Source: Chiloscyllium plagiosum
Lineage: Eukaryota
Assembly: GCF_004010195.1 (NCBI RefSeq)
Contig: NC_057719.1
Location: forward strand, 60,728,158-60,792,157
Length of the DNA stretch: 64,000 bases
Direction of reading: 5' to 3'
Shown here: positions 50,701 through 64,000 of the stretch, one piece after another
How positions within the stretch are numbered: position 1 is the stretch's first letter
How the letters are laid out: each line of letters starts with the position of its first letter
Notes under the pieces: model-generated
What the model saw: the letters and a program-made list of their open reading frames with translations, nothing else
The model's database searches: none
What the model was told of the DNA's origin: nothing
Made by a program: the position numbers and the translations under genes

Positions 50701-53700
50701 ACAGTGCTTGTCCTGGTGACAACAGCCTTTTAAATATGATGCTGGTGCCAGGGATGCCGCTTAATTCTGAGACTTCCAGCAAGATTTGAGTTCCTTTGGG
50801 AATAGCATGTAGTCAAACGGGGCAGAAATAGAGTGAGATTATTACTGCCAGAGCCCAAACAGCAATTAATGTGGCAAGTTTGGTGAGACATGGCAAGAAA
50901 ATTCACTAAGCCCCACAAACAGAATCACTCCACCAAACTCAAAGTGACTTGAATTTTGCACAAAAAACCCATAAGATTCCATCTTGTGTCTTCCTTGTTT
51001 AACCTTAATTTTCCTTAATTTTATTGACCTTGCTTCATGATACTTGAATTGTGCAGATTTTCAAATCTTATCTTACATTTCTGGTGGCAGATGGCAGGAC
51101 ACCATAGGGCAAACATTAAATCATGGTAGATGAGATTGAGAGGTGCCTGGCCAAAAGGGAGCAGATAATGGAGATGAGGCTGAAGTTGCCCCATATCACT
51201 GGATACTGAGGCATCAGCAGAAGAAACTGGACACAGATGGTGGCTACCATTGTGCACTTCTTTGATGTTAAAGACAAAGGGAGCAAAGATCCTGGTCAGA
51301 TATTCCACTGGATGTTGAGTAAGAAGCTGCATAGATTCAGGGTAGACCACAAACATCCCATGATTAAGATTGGATTGAGGAAGCACAACTGGTTATGGCA
51401 TCCTTGGGCCTTAATGCAAGTGCGCAAGTACCAATCTAATATAACATGTGTATGAGTAAGCCCACTGGGAAATACTGGGACAAGGTACAGATGTTTGAGG
51501 AATTCTGCAGTGGATGTTGGAGGGACTGATAGAGGTTTCTGGAGACAGAAGTAGCCCTACACAGGGAAAGCAGAGCTTTTATGACTACAAGCAAGCCAAA
51601 GGGGAGGACTTGGTCTCTGTATCACTGGAGTTGGTGAACGTGTTGAACTGCATGCAGTTCCAGGAATCCTTTTTCAAATCAACCATAGATAGGATGCTAG
51701 AGGGTCACCTAAAGGAACAGTGAGGCACAGAACATCCAAACTGAGTTGAGAAGCCTTAAGAGAGAACAATCTTAATTGTTTTTATTTGACATATTATCTT
51801 TATTTCATCATCTGAATTAAGGAAAGATTGGATTCCTAGCAGAGACTACAATCAGGTAGGCAACTTTTAGCATGGATGAGGATGAAGAACTCAGATTAAA
51901 GAGAGAGGCAGAACAGATGGCTACACTGTAAAGGCTGGTGCAATCCTTGCTGTTCTATGCCCATGGTAAGCCTGCAGCTGATCCAACCCAAGTGACAGGG
52001 ATATATTCTTCAAACAAGCCCTCAACAAACCGCAGTCCACCAATGCCATTAGACACAGATGTTCCACCCAGCAATTACCTTCAGACTTCCCTTCTCACCA
52101 GACGTTAAACTTGTTGAGACTCCCACAAACTACCAGGTGAGGATGGGAAAAGTATGGATCCTTCAGGAAGAGCTTCATTCTATGTACAGCAATAAGGACT
52201 TGCACTAGATTGAAGTGTTAGTCCTATTTGATACATGACGTTGAGATGTCAGTGTTGGACTGGGGTGGACAAAGTGAGAAGGGAAGTCACATGACACCAG
52301 ATTATATTCCAACAGGTTTATTTGAAATCATAAGCTTACCGAGCACTGCTCCTTCATTACGTGAATTGGATTCCTTTTTTGATTAAAAATCTTTCAGCCT
52401 TTAATAGACTTTAATGCTCATGGTAGACTGGTTAACAAAGTTATATATCATGGAATACAGGGAGAACTAGCCATTCAGATACAAAACTGGCTCAAAGGTA
52501 GAAAACAGAGGGTAATGGTGGAGGGTTGTTTTTTCAGACTGGAGGCTTGCAACCAGTGGTGCCCCACATGGATCAGTGCTGGGTCCACTGCTTTTCATAA
52601 TTTATATAGATGATTTGGATGTGAACATATGAGGTATAGTTAGTAAGTTTGCAGATGACACCAAAACTTAGTGTGGACAGTGTAGTGGACAGTGAAGAAG
52701 GTTACCTCAGAGTACAATGGGATCTTGATCAGGTGGGCAAATGGGCTAAGGAGTGTCAGATGGAGTTTAATTCAGATAAATGCGAGGTGTTGCATTTTGG
52801 GAAAGCAAATCTTAGCAAGACTTATATACTTAATGATAAAGTCCTGGGAAGTGTTGCTGAACAAAGACAACTTGGAATTCAGGTTCATAGTTCCTTGAAA
52901 GTAGAGTTGCAGGTAGATAGGATAGTGAAGAAAGTGTTCGGTATACTTTCCACTATTGGTCAGAGCACTGAGTCCAGGGGTTGGGAGGTCATGTTGCAGC
53001 TGTACAGGACATTAGTTAGGCCACTTTGGAATATCACATGTAATTCTGGTCTCCTTCCTATTGGAAGGATGTTGTAAAACTTGAAAGTGTTCAGAAAAGA
53101 TTTATAACATGTTGCCAGGATTAGAGGATTTGAGCTATAGGGAGAGGCTGAATAGGCTGGGGTTGTTTTCCCTGGAGCGTCAGAGGTTGAGGGGTGACCT
53201 TATAGAGGTTTATAAAACTATGAGGTGCTTGGATAGGATAAATATGCAAGATTTTTTCCCTGGAGTGGGGAGTCCAGAACTAGAGACCATAGATTTGGGG
53301 TGAGAGGGGAAAGATATAAAAGGGACCTAAGAGGCAATGTTTTCACACAGAGGGTGGTGTATGTATGGAATGAGCTGCCAGAGGAAGTGGTGGAGGCTAG
53401 TACAATTACAGCATTTAAAAGGCATCTGGATGGGTATATGAACAGGAAGGATTTAGAGCGGGGTGGGCAATTAATTCTTCCAAGGGGCCACATAAGAAAC
53501 CTGAGTTGTGTTGGAGGGCTGAACAAACAATAAGTTGAACATAATTCTGCTCAGTATTAATTTTCTCCCATTGTAAACAGTACTAAATTATATAGTTTTG
53601 CACTGGAACTTATAATCAAAAGAATAAGGATATTCTGTTACAATAAAGATATGAAATTGTGGAGTAGGTCAAATATCGAATAAATAAACAGTAAAAACAA

Positions 53701-54052
53701 TAATTTCAGTATTTAATTTTATTTTTAACATGTTAATCTCACAAACCAATAATGCAAAGTTGTTTCATTATTGTTCAGTATTACAAACAACAAACAACTC
53801 TTTACAAAAGCAATAAGTTCTTTTGATGTTTTTCAGTTCATTTTACTCGTTGAGTGAGAAAAATCCAGTCTGTTTTGGGCTTGAACAAGTGCACTGAAAT
53901 CTGGTTGAATGTCTGAGGTGGATATGCGAAGGACAGCTGGGGGGTGATCATCAGTGATAGAGGATCTCTATTTGGATTTGTTGTACTTCATGACTGATAA
54001 TGTCTGTTCGCATATATAAGTAGATCCAAAGAGGACTAGGATCTTCTGAGCA

Positions 54053-54335
54053 GGCATGATGGCACAGTGGTTAGCACTGCTGCCTCACAGCACCAGGGTC
54101 CTAGGTTCAATTCCAGCCTCGGGCAACTGTCTGTGTGGAGTTTTCACATTCTCCCCGTGTCTGCATGAGTTTCCTCCCACAATCCAAAGATGTGCAGGCC
54201 AGGTGAATTGGCCATGCTAAATTACCCATAGTGTTAGGGAAACGTGTCTGGGTGGATTATTCTTCGGAGGGTTGGTGTGGACTGGTTGGGCTGAAGAACC
54301 TGTTTCCATAATGTAGGGAATCTAATCTAATCTAA
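54053..54335 (+). mobile_element. HE1-type SINE inside the hAT element
   Basis: TGGCACAGTGGTTAGCACTGCTGCC head; (TCTAA)n tail. Confidence 0.88.
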
Positions 54336-54583
54336 ACAGCATGCCTCCTCATGTGTGGAAAGTTCTCTTTGAGGGAAGAGTAAAAATCAAGCAGTGAGAC
54401 TGACCTAAAATACTCTGCCAGAAGTGTGTCAGACTGCAGGTCAACGAGTTCAAGCTGAACATCACTAGGTGCATTCTCCACATTGCATGTAAATGGGGAA
54501 AAAATCATGTGCATTTCATTCTAAACCATTTTAAAGTCTTGAAATCGCTTTGAAAATTCACCATGCAGTGCATCCAACATAGA

Positions 54584-54878
54584 TGATTAGATTACTTACA
54601 GTGCGGAAACAGGTCCACACTGCACCGCTGAAGCGCAACCCACCCATACCCCTACATTTACCCCTTACCTAACACTACAGGCAATTTAGCATGGCCAATT
54701 CACCTGACCTGCACATCTTTGGACTGTGGGAGGAAACCGGAGCACCCGGAGGAAACCCATGCAGACACGGGGAGAACGTGCAAAAACTCCACACAGTTAG
54801 TCGCCTGAGGCGGGAATTGAACCTGGGTCTCTGGCGCTGTGAGGTGATAGTGCTAACCACTGTGCCACCGTGCCGCCC
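54584..54878 (-). mobile_element. HE1-type SINE inside the hAT transposase
   Basis: Near-identical to 42139-42468; interrupts HRYS|SMLD. Confidence 0.9.
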
Positions 54879-56689
54879 ACGAGTACCTGTGGAGGTGGTC
54901 AGCTGAAGGTGCGGCTTCCTTCAGTGTTGGCAAGTGAGTGAGAATGTTGTCTTCCATTTGGCTTGAGACAAGCTGCAACTTTCTCATAAAAGCCTTCACC
55001 AAGTTGTACATTTCATGCACAAAAAGGCCCTTGCACTGCAGTTTCACATTTAATTCATTCATAAGTGCAGTCACATCAACAGCAAAACCAAGGTCTGCAA
55101 TCCAGTCTGCATCCGAAAGCTGTGGAATGCCATTCCCTTTCTTCACACAGAAATCTTGTAATCTCTTCTCTCAGGTCCTATACACTTTTCAGCATTTTGC
55201 CCAGGCTGAGCCACCTGACAGCTGTGTGGTAGCCTATGTCACGATGTTCAGTCTCATTTTCCTCCAAAAGCGCAACAAACTGCCTGTGATTCAAAGCTCT
55301 TGCCCTGATAAAGTTAACTATTTTAGTTACAACATCAATCACATGGTTAATTTTTAACACTGACTTACTCAACACTTCCTGATGTATAATACAATGCAAA
55401 AATATCAACTTCTGTTCAGGGTCAATTTCTGTCACTTTTTTCAACTTCAATTTCTGTCCAACATTTTTTCCCATTAGATTTGGACAAGAATGCATTGTCA
55501 CACCCACCAGCTTGTCCCATTTTAGTCCCAATGTGTCCAAGCATGCATTTACCTCCGTGAACAAATCATTACTAGTTGTTGTTCCTTTCATTGACTGCAT
55601 GGCTGCCGGCTCCTCCATGATTTAAAAGTCCATAGTTATCCCACGTACGAAGATGAGTAGCTGGGCTGTGTCACGTACGTCGCAGCTCTCATCCAAAGCC
55701 AAGAAAAAAAGTCAAAGTTTACCGCTCTGTGCTGCAGCTGAAGCTCCAGATTTCACATGATGTCCCCAATCCTTCTCATGACAGTGCATTGAGAGAGGGG
55801 CACATTCTCAAATGCCTCCTTTTTATCCGGGCATATTAGTTCTGCAGAGTCCCATAAGCACTCCTTAATAAACTCTCCATCAGAAAACGGTTTACTATTT
55901 CTGGCAATTTTGTGGGATATGACATAACTTGTCTTGGTGTGAGCTGACATTTTGAGGGCTAGTCAGCAAGCATCGCATTTAACTGTTCACGCACGCACGC
56001 GCATGTGCTTCCATATGTAAAGAAAAAAAGCATTCTTTTCAAAACAAAAGCAACACAGTTGTATTGCACGCATGGCGTAAATACTTTTTCATTTATGTTC
56101 TAATTTAAGATTGACCTCATGCGGGCCGGACAGGAATGACCAAAGGGCTGAATATAGCCCGCATGCCGTAAAATGCCCAGGTCTGATTTAGAGGGATATG
56201 AGCCAAGTGCTAGCAAATGGGACTTGATTCATTTAGGATATCTGGTTGGCATGGACAAGTTGGACTGAAGAGTCCAGTTCCATGCTGTATATCTCTGTGA
56301 CTCGACGACCCAGCCTCAATTGCCCTCTTGTAGTAAAGAATTTCTCAGATTTACCACCTTTAGGGGAAATACCTCATTTATTCATGGGATGTGGGTGTAT
56401 TATATGTCCAGCCATTATTTATTGACCATCTCTAATGGGCACAGAATATGTAGGCAGAGAGATAATGGCAAGATAATGTCAGATAATTCAGAAGGTTAAC
56501 AGAGATGTGAGTGGAGTGTCAATAGGCTGAAGTCTTTGCAGGCAATCAAGTGTGTCAAAATTGTGAATAAACAGCTGAATAGCAAGTGAAGGGATGATCT
56601 ATGAAATGATTAAATAAGGCAGAGGGATAATTGCAAAAAATCAAAAATACATGATATTAGAAACAAACCAAATGGCTGAAATAATATGA

Positions 56690-57260
56690 CAGGTTTCAGA
56701 GTCACATGACAAGGGTCTAACCAAAGTAACAAATAATTCAAAAATGTGCAAACTAATTAAGATAGAGAGACAATAAATGTGTCAAAAAAAACAGTAAGGA
56801 CGATTTTATGAAGACAGAACAGTATAGTGGGGTTACATGTAATGCAATATGAAATCCAAGATTATGGCTGAAGCCGTCCTCGTGGGTACAGAACTTAACT
56901 ATCAGTTTACGCTTGGTAACTCTATGTGTATCTTGAAGGCCACAATGGAGAACCCTTGTCCGAAGATCAGAGGCTGAATGTCCTTGACCACTGAAGTGTT
57001 CCCCAACTGGGAAGGAACACTGCTGCCTCATGACTGTTGTGCGGTGTCCGTTCATCTGTTGTCGTAGTGTCTGCATGGTCTCACCAATATACCATGCCTC
57101 AGAGCATCCTTTTCTGCAGCATATGAGGTTGACAACATTGGCCGAATCACATGAGTACGTATCGTACATGTTGTGGGTGGTGTTCCCACTTGTGATGGTA
57201 TTATTCATGTCAATGATTTGACATCTTGCAGAAGTTGGTGTGGCAGGATTGTGTAGTGCT
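56690..57260 (-). mobile_element. Decayed PLE GIY-YIG fragment
   Basis: SCDSANVVNLICC...WYIGETMQTLRQ.MNGHR...VGEHFS. Confidence 0.8.
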
Positions 57261-58014
57261 CTCTATTTGATACAGGAATGAAGATGTAAGTTATTACTCA
57301 CCACTTTGTTTGTAAGTATCTTGCAGAGGAATGTGAGCTCTTCCCTCATCAAGGTGTCTGTTTTGTAGGGGTTTTACAGACACCATCTGTATCTGTCTTC
57401 AAACAAGAACCTGTATTATTTCATGACTTGATCAATGCTCCAATGTAAGTGAGGAAGTTTTGGAGTTGAACAAGTGTAGAGATATTCAGGCCTCCTTGCA
57501 AAGGATATCTAATCATTTCTATGAGCAGCGCATTATGAGGTTGGAAGATCATGTTCAGATGTCTTTGACCTTTTTCTGTGCACTCAAGGTTTATCAAGCT
57601 TTATTGCACCATTGAACTCTTTGAGTAGCATTTTCCAACTGATCAACTGATACAGCATCAAGTGTCATTGGTATCAGAGCTCCCACTTGGTTCAACTCTA
57701 GAAACCGCCTGTATTGCAATGGGAGGAAAACTAAGGTATCCATACAGATTGCCAACTTCAGTGTTAAAGATATTTACCACTGATCAAGAATGCCCACAAC
57801 TGTTCTTAATTCTGTCATTGTCATGGACAGTGATTGAATAGAGGAAACATTTCTAATCTCTTTTAAAAAATGATTGTAGCTAAATTGGAGAAGACCAAGA
57901 GGAGACAGCTTATTTATACTCTCAACAAATATGGACAATCTTAATGAATATGAGGCCATTTATTGCCCATCTCTGGTGGCCCTTAAGAATGTGTTGGTAA
58001 ACTGCCTTCTTAAA

Positions 58015-59545
58015 GAGTCATAGTCATAGAGTCATATAGCATGGAAACAGATCGTTCTGTCCAACTTATCCACACTGATCATGTCCCCAAACTAAACTAG
58101 TCCCACCTGCCTGTTTAAGGCCCATATCCTTCCAAACCCTTTCAAATCCCTTTTAAACATTGCAAATGTACCTGCATCCACCACTTCCTCTGGCAGTTCA
58201 TTCTAAACTATCTACTCTCTGTGTAAAATGTTGCCCCTCATGACCTTTTTAGTTCTTTCTCCTTTCACCTTAAAAATGTGCCTCTTAGTTTTGAACTCCC
58301 TCATCTTAGGGAAAGGACCTTTGTTGTTCACCTTGTCAATACCCCTCATGATTTTATAAACCTCTTTCAGGTCACCCCTAAACTTTCTGTGCTCCTGTGA
58401 AAAAAGTTCCAGCCTATCCTATATTTTTATAACTCAAACCCTCCATTCTTGGTAATATCCTGCTAAATCTTTTCTGAACCCTTCCTATAACAGGGCAACA
58501 AGAACTGCACACAGTATTCCAGAAGATGCCTCATCAATGTCCTGTACAACCTCAAAATGGCAATCTCAACTCCTACACTCAAAGGTCTGAGTAATGAAGG
58601 CAAGCATGTTAAGTGCCTTCTTAACCACCTGTCTATCTGTGATGCAAATTTTAAAGAATTATGCACCTGAACCCCTTGGTCTCTTGGTGGATAGTCTACC
58701 CAGGGCACTACCATTACTGTGTAAGTCCTATCCTTGTTTGTTTTAGCGAAAAACAATACCTCGCATTTATTAAAATTGAACTCCTTCTGCCACTCCTCAG
58801 CCCATTGACCCAATTGATCAAGATTTCTTTGAAATCTTAGACAACCTTCTTCACTGTCCACATATCACCAATTTTGGTGTCATGTGCAAATTTACTAACC
58901 AGGCCTCCTATATTGTCATCCAAATAATTTATGCTAATGACAAACAAAACTGGATCCTGTACAGATCTCTGTGGAACACTGCTGGTCAAATGCCTCTAAT
59001 CCGAAAAACAAACCTCCACCACCACCTTCTGTCTTCTACCATCAACCCAATCTTGCATCCAATTGGCAAGCTCATCCTGAATCCCATGTGATCTAACTTT
59101 ATTAATTACTCTACCATGCAGAACCTTGTCAAAGGCTTTACTAAAGTCCAAATAAATGACTTCTGCTGCTCGCCCTCATCAATTTTTATGGTTACTTCCT
59201 CAAAAATCTCTATCAAGTTTGTGAGACACGATGTGTCTTGCACAAAACCATGCTGACTATCCCAACTCATTCCTTGCGTCTCCAAATGCATGTAAATCCT
59301 ATTTTTCAGAATCACATGCAACAACTTACCCACCACTGATGTCAGACTCACAAGTCTATAGTGCCCAGGCTTCTCCTTAAAGCCTTTCTTAAGTAAAGTC
59401 ACACCGTTAGCCCTCCTCCAGTCTGCTGACACCTCACCTGTGGTTATAAATGATACAAATATTTCTGCTAAGGGCCCCATAACTTCCTCCCTAACTTCCC
59501 GGCATATACTTGATCGGGCCCTGAAGATTTATCCACTGCTGCAGT
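58015..59545 (-). mobile_element. CR1 RT plus 3' end
   Basis: KKG.KE.PG.YRLVSLTSVVGK, SQHGF, LYRTL.R.LLEYCVQF; (GAGTCATA)n tail at 58015-58035. Confidence 0.9.
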
Positions 59546-59589
59546 TCGGTTTCATTCCATTTTTCCTTTCTAGTGGTTGATACTGCTGA

Positions 59590-59860
59590 ACGGTTTGCTA
59601 GGCCATTTCATACGGCGAGAGTCAGCAAATTGTTGGAAGTCTGGAGTCACATGAGGCCACACCAGGTAAGAATGACAGTTTCCTTCCCTAATGGACACTA
59701 GTGAACCAAATGGGTTTTTTAAAACAATGGATTCATGGTCAATATTGGAGCTTTAATTTCACCATTTGCCATGGTGAGATTTAAACCCAGGTTGCCAGAA
59801 TGTTACGTGGATTCCCAAGATTATTAGCCCAGCAACAGTGCCACTGGTCTATTGCCTCCC
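59590..59860 (-). mobile_element. Deu-domain SINE
   Basis: GTCTGGAGTCACATG.GGCCA.ACC, the reverse complement of the Deu core. Confidence 0.65.
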
Positions 59861-59864
59861 CAAC

Positions 59865-62160
59865 TGGTAAGTCAGGATTTGACTAAAGATGCTGTCATAG
59901 TCCTCATGAGGATGAAAGATGGAAAACTGAGTATGTGTGTCAATTACAAGGCATACAAAGCAAAACTCATAAGGATGTCTTCTACCTCAGGGTGAATAAA
60001 CCTTATAAGTTCTCAAAAGTGCATTTTATTGTCACAGTTTAAATTTAGCTCATAGTTATAATGAGCTACCCATTACTGAATAAGCCATTGAAAAGACAGC
60101 ATTCTTAAAATTCACCATAAGACTTTATAAATACCATTTGGGCTTAATAATGTTTGATATGATAAAATTTTAGCTTTTCTCAATTTCTAGTCTCTCTTTG
60201 TGTCTAGATGACATTCTCGTTTTTGGCTCGAGAAGATACGTGAAAGACTTAAGACTGTCTTAACCGACTTTTCATAGTTTAACATGCAAGTCAAATAAAA
60301 GAAGCATCAGGGAGGTGATGGCCTAGTGGTATTATCACTGGATCTTTAATTTAGAGACCCACGTGATGTTCTGGGAACCCAGGTTCAACACCTGCCATGG
60401 TAGACAATGAAATTTGAATTCAAGAAAAGTGTGGAATTAAGTGTCTAATGATGACCATGAATCCATTGTTGATCATTCATCCGGATCACTAATTTCCTTC
60501 GGGGAAGGAAGCTACCATCCTTACCTCATCTGGCCTATGTGTGATTCCAGATCGACAGCAAAGTGGTTGACTTTAACTGCTCTCTAGGCAATAAATGCTA
60601 CCTAGCCAGTGATGCTCTCATCCTGTGAATGAATAAAAAAAAGAAGTGTCATCGTTTATGAAGTGAAGTATCTTGTGTATGTTTTTTATATTTTTATCAG
60701 GAAGCCATTGTTTCTAACTATGAGTAAATGTGAAGGGTAGAGGAGTGGCTCTGATCAAAGTTAAGAAGGGAACTGTGTAGGTTACTGGTTACTAAAGAAG
60801 GTATGTGGAAGGCTATGCACAATTGGCACCTCATGCCATAATTTGCTGAGGAAAGCAGTGAATGCCAAAGTGGTGACTGGGAAAGGACTTACAAGGTGTA
60901 ATACTTCATAGAGCACAGAGTTGGAAACCACCACTCTCAAGCCTAAGCCTGACTCATATCTTATCTTTGGCTCCCGAGATTTTTATCTCCATTTCATACT
61001 GGAAACTGACTCAAGTTTTATTGTTTTAGGATTGGTGCTGCCACAGGTTCAAGGGTAGAAAAAGATGCTATCACTAATGCCAGTCTGAGTTTCTAGCCAA
61101 AGTGGAGTAATATGGAGAATTATTCCAATATGAAATTCAGATTTGAACTTTGAAGTATGTTATTCCCCACAAGTTCACAAACATCCCTATCAGTGCCAAG
61201 TTTGTATTGTCAAACATTCAAACATCCACCAGGCTTGGAGCAATGGACTGCTGAACTTGCACAATTTGAATTCCAGATATAAGCAAGGAACTATAGTAGA
61301 GGCAAAACTAATACAAAAGCTGATTCTCATTGTCAGAATTCTGATCACTGTCCAGTTTGAAGTGGCTGACACTGATGTCATACCCATGCCCAAGTAAAAT
61401 GCAGCATTCTGACCCTGGTTCTCTCGGACATTTGGATTATGATTCCACAGAATGTTATCAATGAACTTATGACTGAGATCCAAGACTGCACGCTTTGCAC
61501 CCTGAGATTAAACAAATTGCCTGAATACATTCTGGACCTTGGTTATACTGATAATTGCAGCCCATTTTCATTCACCGACTATTCTCCACACCATCTCTTC
61601 TTTGGAGGAGACCTTGTTCTTATTATGGACTAACTCCATGAGCTTATCACATCCTCTGATTGAGATTGCCAGGTTAGTGAGTGAATAGCCAAACATTACA
61701 AGAGGCTTAGCCAGGTATTTGAGATGGAAACCGAGAGGACTGAAAGAGAGGCATTGAGAAGAAAAGCACTGAACAATTGCAAGGTGGACAGGACCAAATG
61801 GTGCAAGGGCATTCCTCCTAATCAGGTTGGAATAAGGTACAGGATGTCTGGGACCCTGAACTAACAGTTATCAAGAGGCTATATATCGGTGACCACACTT
61901 ATGTGATTGAACCAATAGCTGGAGGCATTCTCAGAAAATGGTTCATAGAAGGGAGTTATTTGAGGCCAGAAGTCCAGTAGATGCTGTGGAGGCAAGTAGC
62001 TCACTCAGTGGTATTGTAGAACAGCTCGGTCAGAGCAGTGAATTGGAGCTAACCTTCACCAACTCCAGAGGTGTAGCTCCAGAGTTGATGTCACAGTTCA
62101 AAAAGTGACACAGGACAGGAGGATTGCTTCTCAGGAACCAAATCTAGGGACTGAATGAGT
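59865..62160 (+). mobile_element. Heavily decayed Ty3/Gypsy pol (RT, RNase H, integrase remnant)
   Basis: IVL.R.KDGKL.MCVNY; CLDDILVFG; FILETDSS..LGLVL.Q. Confidence 0.7.
60309..60642 (+). mobile_element. tRNA-headed Deu-domain SINE (SacSINE1-like) inserted in the Gypsy RT
   Basis: GATGGCCTAGTGG...GGTTCAA head; TCTGGCCTATGTGTGATTCCAGA..CAGCAA.GTGGTTGAC core; GAATGAATAAAAAAAA tail. Confidence 0.75.
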
Positions 62161-62199
62161 AGAACCTGAAAGAAGACTGAATGTAAAATCTTTCTTTTT

Positions 62200-63140
62200 T
62201 GTCATTTATAATTTGTTAGGAATAGAGAGAGAGGGAGAGAGGAAAAAAATCTGATTTGGTAAGTGTAGGTAAGGTTGAGTAATTGGTTTGTAGATGATTG
62301 CTTGTAGGTGATGAGTTTAAAATGCCAAGAGAACTGAGCCCTGTGGAATGCTCCTCCTGCAATCTGTGGGAAATCAGGGATACTTCCAATGTCCATGGTG
62401 ACCACTTATGCAAAAAGTGTGTTCATCTGCTACTCGTGATTAACAGCAGGATGTGATTGGAGCTATGGACAGATTCACTATAGAGCCTCCATGATCCTGG
62501 TGACGTTGTGAATAGCATGTTTAGCAAGATGGTCACACCAGAAGAAAGGGCTACACAGGTGGAAAAGCATTGGATGACCACTAGGAAAACTAGCGAGTGT
62601 GGGCAGGCATTGCAGATATCCCCTGTGACCATCCCTATCCAAAAGAAAATATACCATGTTGGATACTACTGGGGGAAATGACCTCTCAGGGGAAAATGGC
62701 AAAAGCCAAGTTTCTGGTAGTATGGTTGGGTGTGCTACATATGAGTGGGAAAAGACTGGGAGAGCTTTAGTGATAGGGGATTTGATTATAAGGGGGACTG
62801 ACAGGCAGATCTGTGGCAGCAAATGAGATTCTTGAATGGTATGCTGCCTCCCTGGTCCAGGGTTGTAAATGTCTCAAAGTAACTGCAGGGCACCTGAAGC
62901 AGGAGAGTGAACAGCCAGCAGTTGTAGTACCTTTGGGTACCAAAATCATGAATTCAAATAAAAGAAATGAGGTTCTTCAACAGGAATCTAGTGAGTTAGG
63001 CAGTCAATTAAAGAGGATAATTACTAAACTTGCAATGTCCAGATTGCTTCCAGTGCCACACATGACTGAATATAAAGAATTGGACGATAGGTCAGATGAA
63101 CAGTAAAAGGATGGTGTAGGGGGGAAGAGCTTTACATTTT
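62200..63140 (+). mobile_element. CR1 5' region/ORF1 (zinc finger plus SGNH esterase)
   Basis: ECSSCNLWE...C.KC; VIGD.IIRG; CCLPG; GT.. motifs, colinear with 14430-15200. Confidence 0.8.
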
Positions 63141-64000
63141 GCTCCCCTTCCAGAAACATGTTATATAAAATATAGAATCAATTTATAACATAGCATATCT
63201 TTAATAATCCATCTTCCTCCAAATTCTGTCCTCTGCAGCTAACCTCCAGGGCTATACCTTTTCTTGTCACAGACATACCTATCACAACATTACCATGTAT
63301 CAAATATCTTCTAATGCCCTGTGTGCAATCTCTTTCAGCGTTGTCTAAAATGTTCAGCTGTTTAGTATTTACACACTAGCTTTAGGCATGAAGTTGGCTT
63401 CACCATTCACACATTTCATAACTAGCTCAAACTCCTTGCTTGTTCCATCAGTTCAAAGATTACTGCTCTAGCTGTGCTGAAAATTAAGACATGAATGAAT
63501 GATCATTTTCTCCAATTCAAAGTTAGAAAAGTGAGCAGCACAATTCTGCTCAAATTCTGAAACCATCAATATGCCTCTAGCATCAGGTTCAACATACACC
63601 ACTGCTAGAGACAAAACATAAGCAAGTTTCCTCCATCTCTGTATCAATGTCTGCTTCTTTCCATATCTTTCCTCACCATCAATGAAACCATAATTTATGC
63701 CTATGTTACATTGGTGTTTGATTTCTCTAATGCTCTAACTTGCACCCTTCACTACAACAAGCTGTAACTCACTCAGATGGTACAGCCCTATGCCCTCACT
63801 AATGCAAAGTCTCATTACCCACACCACCCTTCAAGCTGCATTGCTTCAGAGGGCCAGTGCGGACTCGATGATCCAAATGGCCATTATTTGCACTGTAGGG
63901 ATTCTATGATTTTTATGAATAGGTTAGTTCAGTCAAGTTGATAGCTGAGACATAGTTTATGACAGTTAGAATGAGGACTGCAGAGAGAGAACAACAGGTC

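Larger units (their letters stand above)
53459..56185 (-). mobile_element. hAT (Charlie/SPIN/GTF2IRD2-type) DNA transposon with degraded transposase
   Basis: 8-bp TSD ATTTAGAG at 53451-53458 and 56186-56193; imperfect TIRs (CGGGGTGGGCA / CAGACCTGGGCA); KPFSDGEFIKECL, LALDESCD, HCIIHQE, VRWLSLG, FGSTYICEQ motifs. Confidence 0.92.
52420..56305 (+). mobile_element. CR1 3' half (RT to tail), split by a hAT insertion at 53459-56185
   Basis: [18 protein letters not shown], WxMEFN.DKC, LFSLERQRLRGDL; the 3' UTR resumes at 56186. Confidence 0.9.

Overview
Repeat-dense vertebrate DNA, almost certainly from a cartilaginous fish: it has HE1-type tRNA SINEs with (TCTAA)n tails, Deu-domain SINEs, and shark-type CR1 and Penelope elements. 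There are three N-gaps. I recognise no intact host protein-coding gene. The window is a nested set of decayed mobile elements: CR1/L2 LINEs, Tx1 and L1 fragments, Penelope-like elements (PLEs) with minimal hammerhead ribozymes, two Gypsy remnants, a solo LTR, a Charlie/SPIN-type hAT transposon and Harbinger remnants. The main finding is a fragmented endogenous retrovirus-like provirus on the + strand (about 8.3/10.1-20.2 kb). It has a tether plus RNase H plus integrase pol region, an env split into three pieces by later insertions, and a probable 3' LTR. The rejoined Env resembles a paramyxo/pneumovirus F fusion protein rather than a classical retroviral TM, which is the lokiretrovirus architecture. 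All family assignments come from manual translation and motif recall; no database searches were run.
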